From the NCBI GenBank assembly GCA_903928755.1, contig CAIYSH010000222.1, positions 1-40,498 on the forward strand: a stretch of 40,498 bases of DNA, given 5' to 3'. The stretch's first letter is position 1. Each line of letters opens with the position of its first letter. Below are positions 18,465 to 29,872 of the stretch, piece after piece. The stretch comes from an uncultured Alphaproteobacteria bacterium (GTDB lineage Bacteria; Pseudomonadota; Alphaproteobacteria; Caulobacterales; Caulobacteraceae). The position numbers were made by a program, and so were the translations under genes. The notes below the pieces were generated by a model. It was not told the DNA's origin. It saw only the letters and a list, made by a program, of their open reading frames with translations, and ran no database searches.

Positions 18465-19439
18465 CGACAGGACCCGGTCCGGTGGCCGGTGGCCGTCCAT
18501 CCAGGTCTTGAGGTTGATGATCACCTTCTCGCCCATTTCCGTCCTGGCCTCGACCGTGGCAGACCCGAGGTGCGGCAGAAGCACGGCATTGGGCAGGTCC
18601 AGGAGCTTGGGATTGATGGCGGGTTCAAACTCGAACACATCGAGCCCGGCCCCGGCGATTCCACCGGCCGCCAGCAGGTCGGCCAGGGCGCCCTCGTCGA
18701 TGATTTCCCCCCGGGCCGTATTCACCAGGACCGCGTGCGGCGACATCAGTTTCAGGCGCCTTGCCGAGAGCAGGTGATAGGTGGCGGGCGTGTGCGGGCA
18801 GTTGACCGAGATGATGTCCATCCGGGCCAGCATCTGGTCCAGGCTCTCCCAGTAGGTCGCCTCAAGCTCCTCGGCAATGCGCGGGCTGACCGGCTTGCGG
18901 TTGTGATAGTGGATCTGCATGCCGAAGGCCCGGGCACGGCGGGCGACGGCCTGACCGATGCGGCCCATGCCGATAATGCCCAGGCGCTTTCCGGAAACCC
19001 TGCGCCCCATCATCCAGGTGGGCGCCCAGCCGGTGAAATCCCCGGCCTGGGCGACATTGGCCCCTTCGACGATCCGGCGGGAGACGGCCATCATCAGGGC
19101 CAGGGTCAGATCGGCGGTGTCTTCGGTGAGCACGCCCGGGGTGTTGGTGACCAGAATGCCACGGGCATGCGCCGCAGCGACATCAATGTGATCGACGCCA
19201 GCCCCGAAATTGGCGATCAGCTTCAGGCGGTCGCCGGCATGGGCAAGGACTTCAGCGTCGATCTTGTCGGTAATGGTCGCCACCAGGGCGTCGCACTGGC
19301 CCACAGCCTCGACAAGCTCCTGTCGGGTAAAGGGCCTGTCCTCCAGGTTCAGCTTTGTATCGAACAGCTCCCGCATGCGCGTTTCCACGGTATCGGGGAG
19401 CCGTCGGGTGACGATGACGTGCGGCTTGCGCGTGGACAT
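18453..19439 (-). CDS. D-glycerate dehydrogenase / glyoxylate reductase (D-2-hydroxyacid dehydrogenase)
   Basis: VTNTPGVLT, G.IGMGRIG, NTARG, LDVFE.EP, LPHLGSAT motifs. Confidence 0.93.
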   Translation of the reverse strand: MSTRKPHVIVTRRLPDTVETRMRELFDTKLNLEDRPFTRQELVEAVGQCDALVATITDKIDAEVLAHAGDRLKLIANFGAGVDHIDVAAAHARGILVTNTPGVLTEDTADLTLALMMAVSRRIVEGANVAQAGDFTGWAPTWMMGRRVSGKRLGIIGMGRIGQAVARRARAFGMQIHYHNRKPVSPRIAEELEATYWESLDQMLARMDIISVNCPHTPATYHLLSARRLKLMSPHAVLVNTARGEIIDEGALADLLAAGGIAGAGLDVFEFEPAINPKLLDLPNAVLLPHLGSATVEARTEMGEKVIINLKTWMDGHRPPDRVLSSML

Positions 19440-19477
19440 GGTGGGCAGACTTCAAAAATAAGCGAGTGATCGAGGCT

Positions 19478-19594
19478 CTAGAGCATGTTCCGAAAAGTGG
19501 GAACCGGTTTTCGGATCGCAACATGCTCTAGCTTGTTGAATTAGAGCCCCTTTTGTCCCTTAGGACGTTTCCGTCTGAAAGGAAAAGGCTCTAG
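19478..19594. repeat. 117-bp twin-hairpin intergenic palindromic element (CIR/Bru-RS-like)
   Basis: Termini CTAGAGC...GCTCTAG. Arm 1: CTAGAGCATGTT (19478-19489) / AACATGCTCTAG (19520-19531) with inner CCGAAAA/TTTTCGG. Arm 2: TAGAGCC..CTTTT / AAAAGGCTCTA. Confidence 0.8.
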
Positions 19595-19627
19595 CGTGTT
19601 TGCGTCCAAACCTCTAGCAAGGGGCGC

Positions 19628-20206
19628 ATGAACGGCCAAGGCAAGCCTCACGCTCCGCGCGCGAATGGGCGCAGGTTGATGACAATTCTGGCGACCCTGA
19701 GCGCCTTTGCCAATGCCGCGTGGGCGGCTCCTGTGGCGGATACGCCTTCGGGCCTGCCCGTACCGCGCTATGTCTCGCTGAAATTCCAGACGGTGAATGC
19801 CCGGGTTGGACCGGGGGATGACCATCGTCTGCTGTGGATCTACCACGCCCGCGGCCTGCCGGTTCAGGTGGTGGCCGAAAGCAGCGAGTGGCGCAGGATC
19901 TGCGATCCCGATGGCAGTCTGGCCTGGGTGCACAAACGCACCCTCGACGCATCCCGCACGGTCATCCGCACGGCCCTTCCGCCGCTTGCCCTGCAAGGTG
20001 GCGACAGGACATCAGCCAGGGTGGTGGCCTTTCTGAGGTCCCGGGCCATAGCCAGTCTGACCAAATGCGATGAAAAAGGCTGGTGCAGGGTCAAGGTTGA
20101 CGGGGTCTCGGGCTGGATCCCCAAGCCCGAGGTATGGGGCCTGGACGCCCATCCCCAGTGCGGCACCGTCCTGCGACCGGAACCCCCGACCGATTCCGAA
20201 CATTGA
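19628..20206 (+). CDS. Exported bacterial SH3 domain protein (two SH3-like repeats)
   Basis: SGLPVPRYVSLK, N.RVGP, WRRI.D.DG..W, WC.V...G..GW motifs; signal-like N-terminus. Confidence 0.87.
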   Translation: MNGQGKPHAPRANGRRLMTILATLSAFANAAWAAPVADTPSGLPVPRYVSLKFQTVNARVGPGDDHRLLWIYHARGLPVQVVAESSEWRRICDPDGSLAWVHKRTLDASRTVIRTALPPLALQGGDRTSARVVAFLRSRAIASLTKCDEKGWCRVKVDGVSGWIPKPEVWGLDAHPQCGTVLRPEPPTDSEH

Positions 20207-20259
20207 GCAAGTCGCCGGGCTCTGATAGCCCTGCGCCCTAATCGAAAGAAAAGACCAAC

Positions 20260-20793
20260 GTGACCACTGAAAACCAATATGCGGGCCCGATGGCTCAATC
20301 CCATTACAGCCGGGAAGAGCTTCTGTCCTGCGCGCGGGGTGACATGTTCGGCCCCGGGAATGCCCAGCTTCCGGCTCCGCCCATGCTGTTGTTTGACCGC
20401 ATCATTCAGATCGATGATGTGGGGGGCGCGCATGGCAAGGGCGTGATCCACGCCGAATTCGACATCAACCCCGACCACTGGTTCTTCGATTGCCACTTCC
20501 TGGGCGATCCGGTCATGCCCGGCAGTCTTGGTCTTGATGCCCTCTGGCAGCTGGTTGGCTTTTATCTGGGCTGGATCGGTGGCAAGGGCCGGGGCCGTGC
20601 GCTCGGCTGCGGCGAGGTGAAATTCGGTGGTGAAGTTACCCCCGACATCAAGACGGTCACCTACAGGATTGAAATGAAGCGCGTGATCAATCGTCGCCTG
20701 GTCATGGGAATCGGCGATGGCGTTCTGGAAGCTGATGGCGTTCCCATCTATTGGGCGCAGGATCTGCGAGTTGGTCTTTACCAGAGGCCCTGA
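20260..20793 (+). CDS. fabA: 3-hydroxyacyl-ACP dehydratase/isomerase
   Basis: [41 protein letters not shown] motifs. Confidence 0.95.
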   Translation: MTTENQYAGPMAQSHYSREELLSCARGDMFGPGNAQLPAPPMLLFDRIIQIDDVGGAHGKGVIHAEFDINPDHWFFDCHFLGDPVMPGSLGLDALWQLVGFYLGWIGGKGRGRALGCGEVKFGGEVTPDIKTVTYRIEMKRVINRRLVMGIGDGVLEADGVPIYWAQDLRVGLYQRP

Positions 20794-20831
20794 TCGGGGG
20801 TTCTCGGCCTATGCCACAGGGGGCAGGAAAC

Positions 20832-22043
20832 ATGCGTCGCGTCGTCGTCAGCGGGATGGGCATTGTCTCATCCATCGGCAATAATTCCAGTGAGGTCCTG
20901 ACCTCCCTGCGCGAGGCCAGGTCGGGGGTGATCGCGGCGCCTGAATATGCGGAGATCGGGTTCCGCAGCCAGGTGCATGCGGCCCCGCAGATCGACTGGG
21001 AGTCCCTGGTCGACCGCAGGGCCGCACGGTTCCTGTCGCAGGGCACGGGCTATGGTCACATTGCCATGGAGCAGGCCATTGCCGATTCCGGTCTGGAGCC
21101 TGATCAGGTGTCCAATGACATGACGGGCCTGATCGTCGGGTCGGGGGGGCCCTCCACCCGGGCGATCATCGAGTCGGCGGCGACGGCCAGGGAGCGCGGC
21201 CCCAAGCGGATCGGCCCCTTTGCGGTTCCCAAGGCCATGAGCTCGGGCGCCTCGGCCACCCTGTCCACCTGGTTCAAGATCCGCGGCCTCAACTTTTCCA
21301 TTTCATCGGCCTGCGCTACCTCCACCCACTGCATTGGCGTCGGCTATGAGCAGATCGCCATGGGCAAGCAGGATGTGGTGTTTGCTGGCGGCACCGAAGA
21401 GCTCGACTGGACCCTTTCGGTGCTGTTTGACGCCATGGGGGCCATGAGCTCCAACTTCAACGACACCCCGGCCGTGGCCAGTCGGGCCTATGACGCGGCC
21501 CGGGACGGCTTCGTCATTGCTGGGGGTGCCGGCATTCTGGTGCTGGAGGAATACGAACACGCAAAGGCCCGCGGTGCGAAGATCTATGGGGAAGTGGTGG
21601 GCTATGGTGCCAATTCCGACGGCCATGACATGGTCGCCCCTTCCGGCGAGGGTGCCGTGCGCTGCATGCGCATGGCCATGGCCGGGGCGGGTGGTCGCAG
21701 GATCGACTATCTGAACCCGCACGGCACCTCGACGCCCGTGGGGGATGAAAAGGAAATGGGCGCCGTCCGCGACGTGTTCGGTGACGCCGCGCCCTTCATC
21801 TCGTCCACCAAATCGCTGACCGGCCACAGTCTGGGTGCGGCCGGCGCGCAGGAGGCGATCTACAGCCTTCTGATGCTCAATAACGGCTTCCTGGCCGAGA
21901 GTGCCCACATCGAAAACCTCGACCCGATCTTCGAGGGCCTGCCCATCCTGCGCAAGCGGGAGGACCGGCAGGTCGAGACGGTCATGTCCAACAGCTTCGG
22001 CTTTGGCGGGACCAATGGTTGCCTGGTCATGGCCAGGGTCTGA
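20832..22043 (+). CDS. fabB: Beta-ketoacyl-ACP synthase I
   Basis: [41 protein letters not shown] motifs; follows fabA. Confidence 0.95.
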   Translation: MRRVVVSGMGIVSSIGNNSSEVLTSLREARSGVIAAPEYAEIGFRSQVHAAPQIDWESLVDRRAARFLSQGTGYGHIAMEQAIADSGLEPDQVSNDMTGLIVGSGGPSTRAIIESAATARERGPKRIGPFAVPKAMSSGASATLSTWFKIRGLNFSISSACATSTHCIGVGYEQIAMGKQDVVFAGGTEELDWTLSVLFDAMGAMSSNFNDTPAVASRAYDAARDGFVIAGGAGILVLEEYEHAKARGAKIYGEVVGYGANSDGHDMVAPSGEGAVRCMRMAMAGAGGRRIDYLNPHGTSTPVGDEKEMGAVRDVFGDAAPFISSTKSLTGHSLGAAGAQEAIYSLLMLNNGFLAESAHIENLDPIFEGLPILRKREDRQVETVMSNSFGFGGTNGCLVMARV

Positions 22044-22069
22044 AGACAAACTTCTGCAGGAGAGACCTC

Positions 22070-22882
22070 ATGGCCGACGACTATCAGATGCTCAAGGGTG
22101 AGCTGATGAAGGGCAAGAAGGGCATTGTGACCGGGGTGGCCAACCACCAGTCCATCGCCTGGGGCATAACCCTGCAACTGGTGGCCCAGGGTGCCGAAGT
22201 GGCCCTGTTCTACCTGCCTGGCATGGAGCGGCGCGTGATTGCCCTGGCCGAGTCGGTCGGGATCAAGATCCTGGCACCGGTTGATGTCACCGACGACGCC
22301 TCCATGGATGGCGGCTTTGCCACGGTCGAGCAGGCCTTTGGCAAGATCGACTTCTTCGTGCACTGCCTGGCCTTCGCGCCGCGGGACCAGATCAAGGGCT
22401 CCTTCGTGGACAATGCCACCCGGGAGGGTTTCCTCCAGGCCATGGACATCTCGGCTTACAGTTTCGTGGACTGTGCCCGGCGCTCGGCAAAAATGATGCC
22501 CGACGGGGGTTCGCTGATTTCCATGACCTATCTGGGGTCGGAGCGGGCGATCCCCAATTACAACACCATGGGCGTCGCCAAGGCAGCGCTTGAGGCGGCC
22601 ACCCGCTATATCGCCCGGGATCTGGGGCCAAAGGGCATCCGCGCCAATGCCATTTCGGCCGGCGCCATGAAGACCCTGTCCCTGGCCGGGATTTCCGGCG
22701 GCCGGGGCATGCTCGCCCAGGGCCGGGCCCTGTCTGCCCTCAAGGAAGACACGTCCATGGAAGGCGTTGCAGGTGCCGCCCTCTGGCTGCTTTCGGACCT
22801 GGGCCGGTCGACCACGGGGGAAATCGTTCACGTGGACGCCGGTTTCCATATGATGGGGCTGCCCGATGGCGGGGACGAGTAA
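22070..22882 (+). CDS. fabI: Enoyl-ACP reductase
   Basis: GVAN..SIAWGI, ISAYSF, YN.MGVAKAALE, TGE.VHVD.G motifs; AGGAGA RBS. Confidence 0.93.
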   Translation: MADDYQMLKGELMKGKKGIVTGVANHQSIAWGITLQLVAQGAEVALFYLPGMERRVIALAESVGIKILAPVDVTDDASMDGGFATVEQAFGKIDFFVHCLAFAPRDQIKGSFVDNATREGFLQAMDISAYSFVDCARRSAKMMPDGGSLISMTYLGSERAIPNYNTMGVAKAALEAATRYIARDLGPKGIRANAISAGAMKTLSLAGISGGRGMLAQGRALSALKEDTSMEGVAGAALWLLSDLGRSTTGEIVHVDAGFHMMGLPDGGDE

Positions 22883-24146
22883 GACAAAACCGGCCCCTGA
22901 CGGTTTCGACGCCGATGTGATCATTGCCGGTGCCGGCATGGCAGGTGCCACCCTGGCGCTTGCCCTTAAACACGGGGGTCTCCGGCCCCTGCTGATCGAC
23001 CCGGTGGTCTTCGACGCCCAGCTGGAAGAGAGCTTTGATGGGCGCTCAGCGGCCATTTCGTTTGCCAGTTTCCGTCAATGGCGGACCCTGGGTCTTGCAG
23101 CAAACCTTGAGCCCCATGCCCAGAGGATCGAACAGATCCTGGTGACGGATGGCCGCAGGCCCGGGGCTTCGGTGGGCCCGGCCTCGCCCTTCCATCTGCG
23201 CTTTGACTCCGCCGAGATTGCCGACCGGTCTGGGGGTGAGCCCCTGGGTTATCTCCTGGAAAACCGACGTACCCGCGCCGCCCTCGCCGCCGAGGTTATC
23301 GCGCAGGACATTCCCGTCCTTGCCCCTGCCCGGGTGGCCCATGTGGACCTGAAGGATGACGCCGCCGAAGTCCGGCTTGAAGATGGCCGTGTCTTGCGCG
23401 CGCCCCTGGTGGTCGGCGCGGAAGGTCGCGCCTCGGTCATTCGACAGGCGGCCGGCATAGGCGTCACCGCCTGGGACTATGGCCAGATGGGCGTGGTGGC
23501 CACTGTGCGGCTGGAGCAGCCCCACCAGGGGGTCGCCCACGAATACTTCCTGCCCGGTGGCCCCTTTGCCATCCTGCCGCTTACCGAAAACCGTGCCAGT
23601 CTGGTCTGGACCGAAACCACGGCCCACGCCAAGGCCCTGAAGGCGGCGCGACCTGAAATCTTCCACGCCCATCTCATGCGGCGGTTCGGCGACTTCCTGG
23701 GTGATGTCCGGGTTGAGGGTCAGGTCTTCATCTATCCGCTCTCCCTGCAACTGGCCGACCGCCTGACCGCGCCGCGGGCCGTTCTGTTGGGAGACGCAGC
23801 GCACGGGGTTCACCCGATTGCCGGCCAGGGTCTGAATCTCGGCCTCAAGGACGTTGCCGCCCTGGCCCAGGTCCTGGCGGAAGCGGCCCGGATTGGCGAA
23901 GACATCGGCTCTGAACTGGTGCTTCAGCGCTATTCCGCCTGGCGGCAGTTCGACAATGTCATGCTGGCGGCCAGCTTTGATCTGTTCGTCCGGGTGTTTT
24001 CCAACGACAATCCGCTGCTGCGGTTGGCCCGGGGTGTCGGCATGTCAGTGGTCAACAGCATCGGCCCGGCCCGGCGTTTCTTCATGCATGAGGCAGGCGG
24101 TGCTACAGGTGACCTGCCAAGGTTACTGCGCGGCGAGGTGCCATGA
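22866..24146 (+). CDS. UbiH/UbiF/VisC family FAD-dependent hydroxylase (ubiquinone biosynthesis)
   Basis: GAGMAG, VGAEGR.S..R, GPFAILPL, GDAAH..HPIAGQGLNLG motifs. Confidence 0.9.
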   Translation: MAGTSKTKPAPDGFDADVIIAGAGMAGATLALALKHGGLRPLLIDPVVFDAQLEESFDGRSAAISFASFRQWRTLGLAANLEPHAQRIEQILVTDGRRPGASVGPASPFHLRFDSAEIADRSGGEPLGYLLENRRTRAALAAEVIAQDIPVLAPARVAHVDLKDDAAEVRLEDGRVLRAPLVVGAEGRASVIRQAAGIGVTAWDYGQMGVVATVRLEQPHQGVAHEYFLPGGPFAILPLTENRASLVWTETTAHAKALKAARPEIFHAHLMRRFGDFLGDVRVEGQVFIYPLSLQLADRLTAPRAVLLGDAAHGVHPIAGQGLNLGLKDVAALAQVLAEAARIGEDIGSELVLQRYSAWRQFDNVMLAASFDLFVRVFSNDNPLLRLARGVGMSVVNSIGPARRFFMHEAGGATGDLPRLLRGEVP

Positions 24147-24171
24147 CGGGCTGATCTGCCACCGCCTTCCG

Positions 24172-25296
24172 TCAGCTGCGCAATCCGTTCAGGGCACCCA
24201 TGCCCTCTTTTATGTCCATGTCGCCCTCGAAGGCGGTCAGCATGTCAATGATTTCCCGGGTTGGTGCCGTAAGGCTCAGGCTGTCCCTGAACCGGTATTG
24301 CCAGAAACTGGCCAGGTGGGAGATCGCGCCGATCCGTTCGCCCAGAACCATGAAAAGGGCCGGGGCGTTGATCAGGAAGTCCCTGAAAGCTGTCGGCTTG
24401 TCCCGTCGGGTCAGGTCCAGATAGGCAGTGTCATACACTTTCAGGACATCGATGACCTCTTTGCGCCTGTCCTGGATCGCCTTTCGCAGGCGTGTCTTGG
24501 CGCTTTCGATGCCGCGCTTCTGGTCATGGCCCCGATCTCCGAAGCCCTGCAGAAGCGGCAGCTCCTTGAGAAGTCGCGCGACCCTGGGGCCCATATCTGC
24601 CAGGGCCCATTTGTAATACAGGAACCCTTTCCAGCAGAATATTCCCTCCTGGTAGGAGTCGGAATCCAGACGCAGGACGTCGCGGAGGGGTTCCAGGTAG
24701 TCGTTGATCCTGTTGGACATCAGGTAGTTGGCCATTTTCCTGGGATGATCGTGGCTGTTTCCCGGAAAAGCCATGGAGATCAGGTCGCGGATCTGGCCCG
24801 CAACGAAATCATGCATCCGTGCCAGATCGGATGCCGAAATGGCAAAATAGACCGTCGAAATACTGAATCCCTGGCGCACAAGATGCTCCCGCAACAGGAA
24901 GGGGTCCAGGGAGGGTATGCTGTCCAGGGCGCCGAGCAGGGAAATATCCTGGCTGTCCTCCCGGCCCGTGAGTTCATTGACGATCCCCGTCCAGCCCCGC
25001 TGGCCAACGAAGAAGGACTTGCCGCCGAGGGTGAGGTCCTGGCGATCAAAGGGAATGATGACCTTTGTTGCTGCATGTTTCTCGCTGCTGAAAACAAACC
25101 GCTCATCAGCGCGAAGACTATGTTTCAGGATAAGTGACTGATTCAGAAGATGGTTTCTGAAGAAGGGTTCCGTGCGGTATTCCGGGGTCTTGCCGTGTTC
25201 CTTTGCGATCGCCAGCAGGTTCAGCAAGCGGCTGGTCGATGCGGTTTGCTGCAGGACTTCGAGACTCCGCACGGAGGGATCACGGCTGGTGACCAT
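24172..25296 (-). CDS. Hypothetical cytoplasmic protein (about 374 aa)
   Basis: Long ORF with a globular, helical composition; probable start ATG 25296 (MVTSRDPSVRSL...); no motif recognised with confidence. Confidence 0.78.
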   Translation of the reverse strand: MVTSRDPSVRSLEVLQQTASTSRLLNLLAIAKEHGKTPEYRTEPFFRNHLLNQSLILKHSLRADERFVFSSEKHAATKVIIPFDRQDLTLGGKSFFVGQRGWTGIVNELTGREDSQDISLLGALDSIPSLDPFLLREHLVRQGFSISTVYFAISASDLARMHDFVAGQIRDLISMAFPGNSHDHPRKMANYLMSNRINDYLEPLRDVLRLDSDSYQEGIFCWKGFLYYKWALADMGPRVARLLKELPLLQGFGDRGHDQKRGIESAKTRLRKAIQDRRKEVIDVLKVYDTAYLDLTRRDKPTAFRDFLINAPALFMVLGERIGAISHLASFWQYRFRDSLSLTAPTREIIDMLTAFEGDMDIKEGMGALNGLRS

Positions 25297-25611
25297 GGTC
25301 CTATGCACGGGAGCCGGGGAAAAGAACCCTGGTCGGGACCTCAGACAGGCCCCCGACGTCATGCGTCGACACGGGCCTTGTGCAAGATCGGGCGTAGACA
25401 GGTGACATCGCGAAATGGCCTTCCGGACCGCAGGAGGATGCGCCTGGAAGAGCGGGCGGGCGCCCATGGAAGGGAGCATGTAATGCCCTGGCCCTTACAG
25501 GACCCATTCGGACATTCTTGTCACTCTGGGCTGTGGGTTGCCTTCCCACAATCCTGCCGTCAGGGGATCCGATCCGGGTCTATCAGTGACCCTGCCCCAA
25601 TCTGCCCCCGC

Positions 25612-25818
25612 CTATTCGGAAAGGTCGCGGGCCTCTTCGGGCAGCATGATCGGCACACCGTCGCGGATCGGATAAGCCAGCCTGGCCCGCTTGCTGACCA
25701 GTTCGCTGCGCGCCCGATCATAGTCCAGGGGGCCGTGGGTGACCGGGCAGACCAGAACCTCCAGCAGGCGGGGGTCGATCTCGTCCATCATCATGTCGGG
25801 AAGGCTGTCATCGGTCAT
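25612..25818 (-). CDS. Trm112-like protein (UPF0434/YcaR)
   Basis: DPRLLE.LVCP....[17 protein letters not shown] motifs. ATG 25827 is an alternative start. Confidence 0.92.
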   Translation of the reverse strand: MTDDSLPDMMMDEIDPRLLEVLVCPVTHGPLDYDRARSELVSKRARLAYPIRDGVPIMLPEEARDLSE

Positions 25819-25828
25819 GGGAGACATC

Positions 25829-26479
25829 CTACTGCAGACTCTGTGGCGAGTCGTCATCCCGATTCTGGGCGTCGATCTCCAGCAGGGTGGTGAGGATTTC
25901 TGTCCGCTCGACCAGGCTGGGAGCTTCCAGAAGGGCCTGCTTTTCGGCCGGAGAAAAGGGCAGGCCCATGGCCAGGCTGTTGACCAGGGAGTCCAGGGGC
26001 GCCACGGCCGCGCTCCGCCAGTCAATGGCGAGGTTCTGGCGGTTGAGGTAAAGCTTCAAGGCCCGGGCGAACCGGCTGTCCTCAAAGACCTCGCCGCCGT
26101 CATCCTCATCCGACAGATCGACGGCAAAGGGGCCGAAGGCGGCGCGGACCTGGCGATAGGGGGTCAGAACCGTCAGTTCCCCGTCCAGGGCGAAGCGGCA
26201 AACCCCGGTCAGGGTGATCAGATAGGTGCCGTCAGAGGCCTCGTTGAAGCTGGTGATCTTCCCGGCGCAACCGACCTGGGCCAGGTTGGGTCGGGACTTC
26301 TCGCCGCCTGTGGTCTGGATCATGCCGATGATCCGGTCAGCCGCCATGGCGTCATCGATCATGTTCAGATAGCGGGGCTCGAAAATCCGCAGGGGCAGTT
26401 CACCCCCGGGCAAGAGGACGGTGCCGTCGAGAGGGAAGACGGGAATGACCTGGGGCAGTTCGACTGCGCGCTCGCCCAT
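25829..26479 (-). CDS. Stand-alone Lon N-terminal (substrate-binding) domain protein
   Basis: [29 protein letters not shown] motifs; no ATPase or protease domain. Confidence 0.92.
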   Translation of the reverse strand: MGERAVELPQVIPVFPLDGTVLLPGGELPLRIFEPRYLNMIDDAMAADRIIGMIQTTGGEKSRPNLAQVGCAGKITSFNEASDGTYLITLTGVCRFALDGELTVLTPYRQVRAAFGPFAVDLSDEDDGGEVFEDSRFARALKLYLNRQNLAIDWRSAAVAPLDSLVNSLAMGLPFSPAEKQALLEAPSLVERTEILTTLLEIDAQNRDDDSPQSLQ

Positions 26480-26480
26480 C

Positions 26481-27377
<897 letters not shown>

Positions 27378-27407
27378 GTCGTGGCTTCCAGAAATTCCAT
27401 GCGGCTA

Positions 27408-27435
27408 AAATGGGCCGACACGAGACAATCTTCAA
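27408..27435 (-). promoter_or_regulatory. Putative sigma32 (RpoH) promoter of cnoX operon
   Basis: Minus strand TTGAA-N16-CCCATTT, ending 30 bp upstream of the cnoX ATG. Confidence 0.72.
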
Positions 27436-27965
27436 CGCCGGAAAGCCGCCTCATCGAGGGCCATGGCCAGAAAATCCACAACCAAGGGCGTAATTTCGAG
27501 GCTGCGCAGGAATTTCCGGAAGTCCGCCTGGGTCAGGGTGGTGGTGGCGGTATTGGTCAGGGGGTGGAAATTCACCTGCCCGGCCTCCGCCAAGGCCTTA
27601 TCGAGGACAAAGGTCGCCCGCCGCTCGATGTCATTGATCAGGGCCAGGGCGGTCACTGAACCGGGCGTCACCCCCAGCACCTCGACCATCAGGTCTGCCG
27701 ACCCGAAGGACAGGCGGGCCGATCCGATCACTGTGTGCAGACGTTTCAGGTCAATGACCGTGTCGTCCCTGGCCGAAATCAGCCAGATCCGCCCTTTGGC
27801 GTCCTTGAGGAACAGGTTCTTGGTATGGGCCCCGGGGATGTCATCCTTGATCCCTTCGCCCTCGCCCACATGAAAGACCGCCTCATGGTCGGTGGTCACC
27901 GGGGCGGCGCCCAGGCCGGTCAGGAAGGACAATATGTCGTCGCGGGTCTTCATGGGCCGGGACAT
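27432..27965 (-). CDS. YbaK/ProX family aminoacyl-tRNA deacylase (PrdX-like)
   Basis: [26 protein letters not shown] motifs. Confidence 0.9.
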   Translation of the reverse strand: MSRPMKTRDDILSFLTGLGAAPVTTDHEAVFHVGEGEGIKDDIPGAHTKNLFLKDAKGRIWLISARDDTVIDLKRLHTVIGSARLSFGSADLMVEVLGVTPGSVTALALINDIERRATFVLDKALAEAGQVNFHPLTNTATTTLTQADFRKFLRSLEITPLVVDFLAMALDEAAFRR

Positions 27966-28135
27966 AACCTCAAGCTCCGGACGGGTCGATGGGGTGGGAC
28001 CATTTTCCGGCCGCCATCCATCTCTGTTGCAGAAAGCCGGCAGGCTCTTGCCAAAGGCGGTCCCGCTTGGCCAAACTCGGGTCTTGATGCTGCCGCAGGG
28101 CAGCCCAGGGGACGGGCCGGGGAGTCTGAAGCGAC

Positions 28136-29872
28136 ATGTGCAATGCCTGTGATGCGAAATTCATGCAGTTCATGCGGTCCTATCAGGGCCGCCGGGACGT
28201 GCTGCGGGGATTGGGCGCGGGCTTTGTCGCCACAGCCGTGGCCGCGGGCCCGACCAGAGCCGCAGGCAAAAGCGGGGTTGCCGACAGCATACATCTGGCC
28301 AGTCGCGTCCATACCATGGACAGCCACAACACCCTGGCCCAGGCCGTGGCCGTGCGGAAGGGCCGCATACTGGCGGTGGGCAGCCGTGCCGACATTCTGG
28401 CTTTGAAGGGTCCGCGCACCCGGGTTCATGACTTCGGCGACATGACCATACTGCCCGGCTTTGTTGATCCGCACATGCACTCCAACTTTGCCGGTCTCAG
28501 GCCCTGGCTGGATGTCGGTCCGTTTACGACCAGCACCATGGACGAGGCCAGGCGCAAGATTGCCGAAGCGTCGAAACAGGCCGGGGCCGGGAGCTGGATC
28601 CAGGGCAAGATGCTGGACCCCTCCATCATGCCCGGCGCACCCCTCACCCGGGCAGAGCTTGATCGACTGTCGCCGGATGTCCCGGTCTTTGTCCTCGAAT
28701 CCAACGGTCACAATGCCTATGCCAACAGCAAGGCCCTGGCCCTGGCCGGTGTCACGCGGGATACGCCTGATCCGCCGCAGGGCCGGTTTGGCCGCGACGA
28801 CAAGGGCGAGCTCACGGGGCGGCTTGAGGAGCCCCCGGCCTTCCAGCCCTTCATCCGGGTCATGTCCTCGCCCACGGCTGCTGAACTCACCGGATTCCTG
28901 CGGGCCGATATCGATGACGCCTCGGCCAGGGGCTGCACCGCCCTGCATGACTGCGGGATCGGCGGGCTGTTTGCCGCGGATGATATCAAGCTGATCGAGG
29001 CGGTCATGGCGGGGGACCCGGGCGTTCGCTATGCCGGCCAGCTGGTCTCCACCCATTACAAGACCTGGAAGGAGATGGGCCTCAAGCCCGGACCCCATGG
29101 CCCGCGATTCACCTTCAGCGGGATCAAGGCCTGGTCAGACGGCTCCAACCAGGGACTCACCGGCTATCAGCGGGAGCCCTATCTGAACTCCAGCAATCGG
29201 GGGGCCCTGAACTATACCCCGGAAGAAATCGAGGCGCTGGTGCGCGAGGTCCATGCCGATGGCTGGCCCCTGGGCATTCATGCCAATGGCGATGCGGCGA
29301 TTGATGTGGTCCTCGATGCCTATGAGCGCGGCACCAAGGGCGAAGGCGGCCACAGGCTGCGGCACCGGATCGAACACTGCAGCATTCTGCACGACGACCA
29401 GATCCGCCGCATGAAGGCCCTTGGCATCTCGCCCTCCTTCCTGATCGGGCACGTTCACTATTGGGGTCGAGCCTTCCAGGACCGCCTGCTCGGACCTGAA
29501 CGCGCCAACCGCCTTGATCCCTGCCGGTCAGCCCTGGCGGGCGGTCTGCGGATCTCCCTTCATTCCGATTACAATGTGACCCCCATCGATCCCCTGCGCT
29601 GTATCGAGAATGCCGTGGTGCGGGACATGAACGAAGGTGGGGGGATCCTGAACCCTGCCGAAAGGATCACGCCCCTGCAGGCCCTGCGCGCCGTAACCCT
29701 GGATGCCGCCTGGCAATGCCATCTCGACAATGTCTGCGGCAGCCTGGAGCGGGGAAAGTCTGCCGACATGGTGGTGCTTGAAAAAGACCCGACCCTGGTT
29801 GATCCAGCGACGATCCGGTCCATCCGGGTTCATTCAACCTGGCTGGAAGGTCAGCAGAGGTTCTCTGCATGA
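28136..29872 (+). CDS. Tat-exported amidohydrolase 3 family protein (YtcJ-like)
   Basis: RRDVL twin-arginine signal; [17 protein letters not shown]...DGS, HANGD.A, RIEH, HSD motifs. Confidence 0.9.
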   Translation: MCNACDAKFMQFMRSYQGRRDVLRGLGAGFVATAVAAGPTRAAGKSGVADSIHLASRVHTMDSHNTLAQAVAVRKGRILAVGSRADILALKGPRTRVHDFGDMTILPGFVDPHMHSNFAGLRPWLDVGPFTTSTMDEARRKIAEASKQAGAGSWIQGKMLDPSIMPGAPLTRAELDRLSPDVPVFVLESNGHNAYANSKALALAGVTRDTPDPPQGRFGRDDKGELTGRLEEPPAFQPFIRVMSSPTAAELTGFLRADIDDASARGCTALHDCGIGGLFAADDIKLIEAVMAGDPGVRYAGQLVSTHYKTWKEMGLKPGPHGPRFTFSGIKAWSDGSNQGLTGYQREPYLNSSNRGALNYTPEEIEALVREVHADGWPLGIHANGDAAIDVVLDAYERGTKGEGGHRLRHRIEHCSILHDDQIRRMKALGISPSFLIGHVHYWGRAFQDRLLGPERANRLDPCRSALAGGLRISLHSDYNVTPIDPLRCIENAVVRDMNEGGGILNPAERITPLQALRAVTLDAAWQCHLDNVCGSLERGKSADMVVLEKDPTLVDPATIRSIRVHSTWLEGQQRFSA

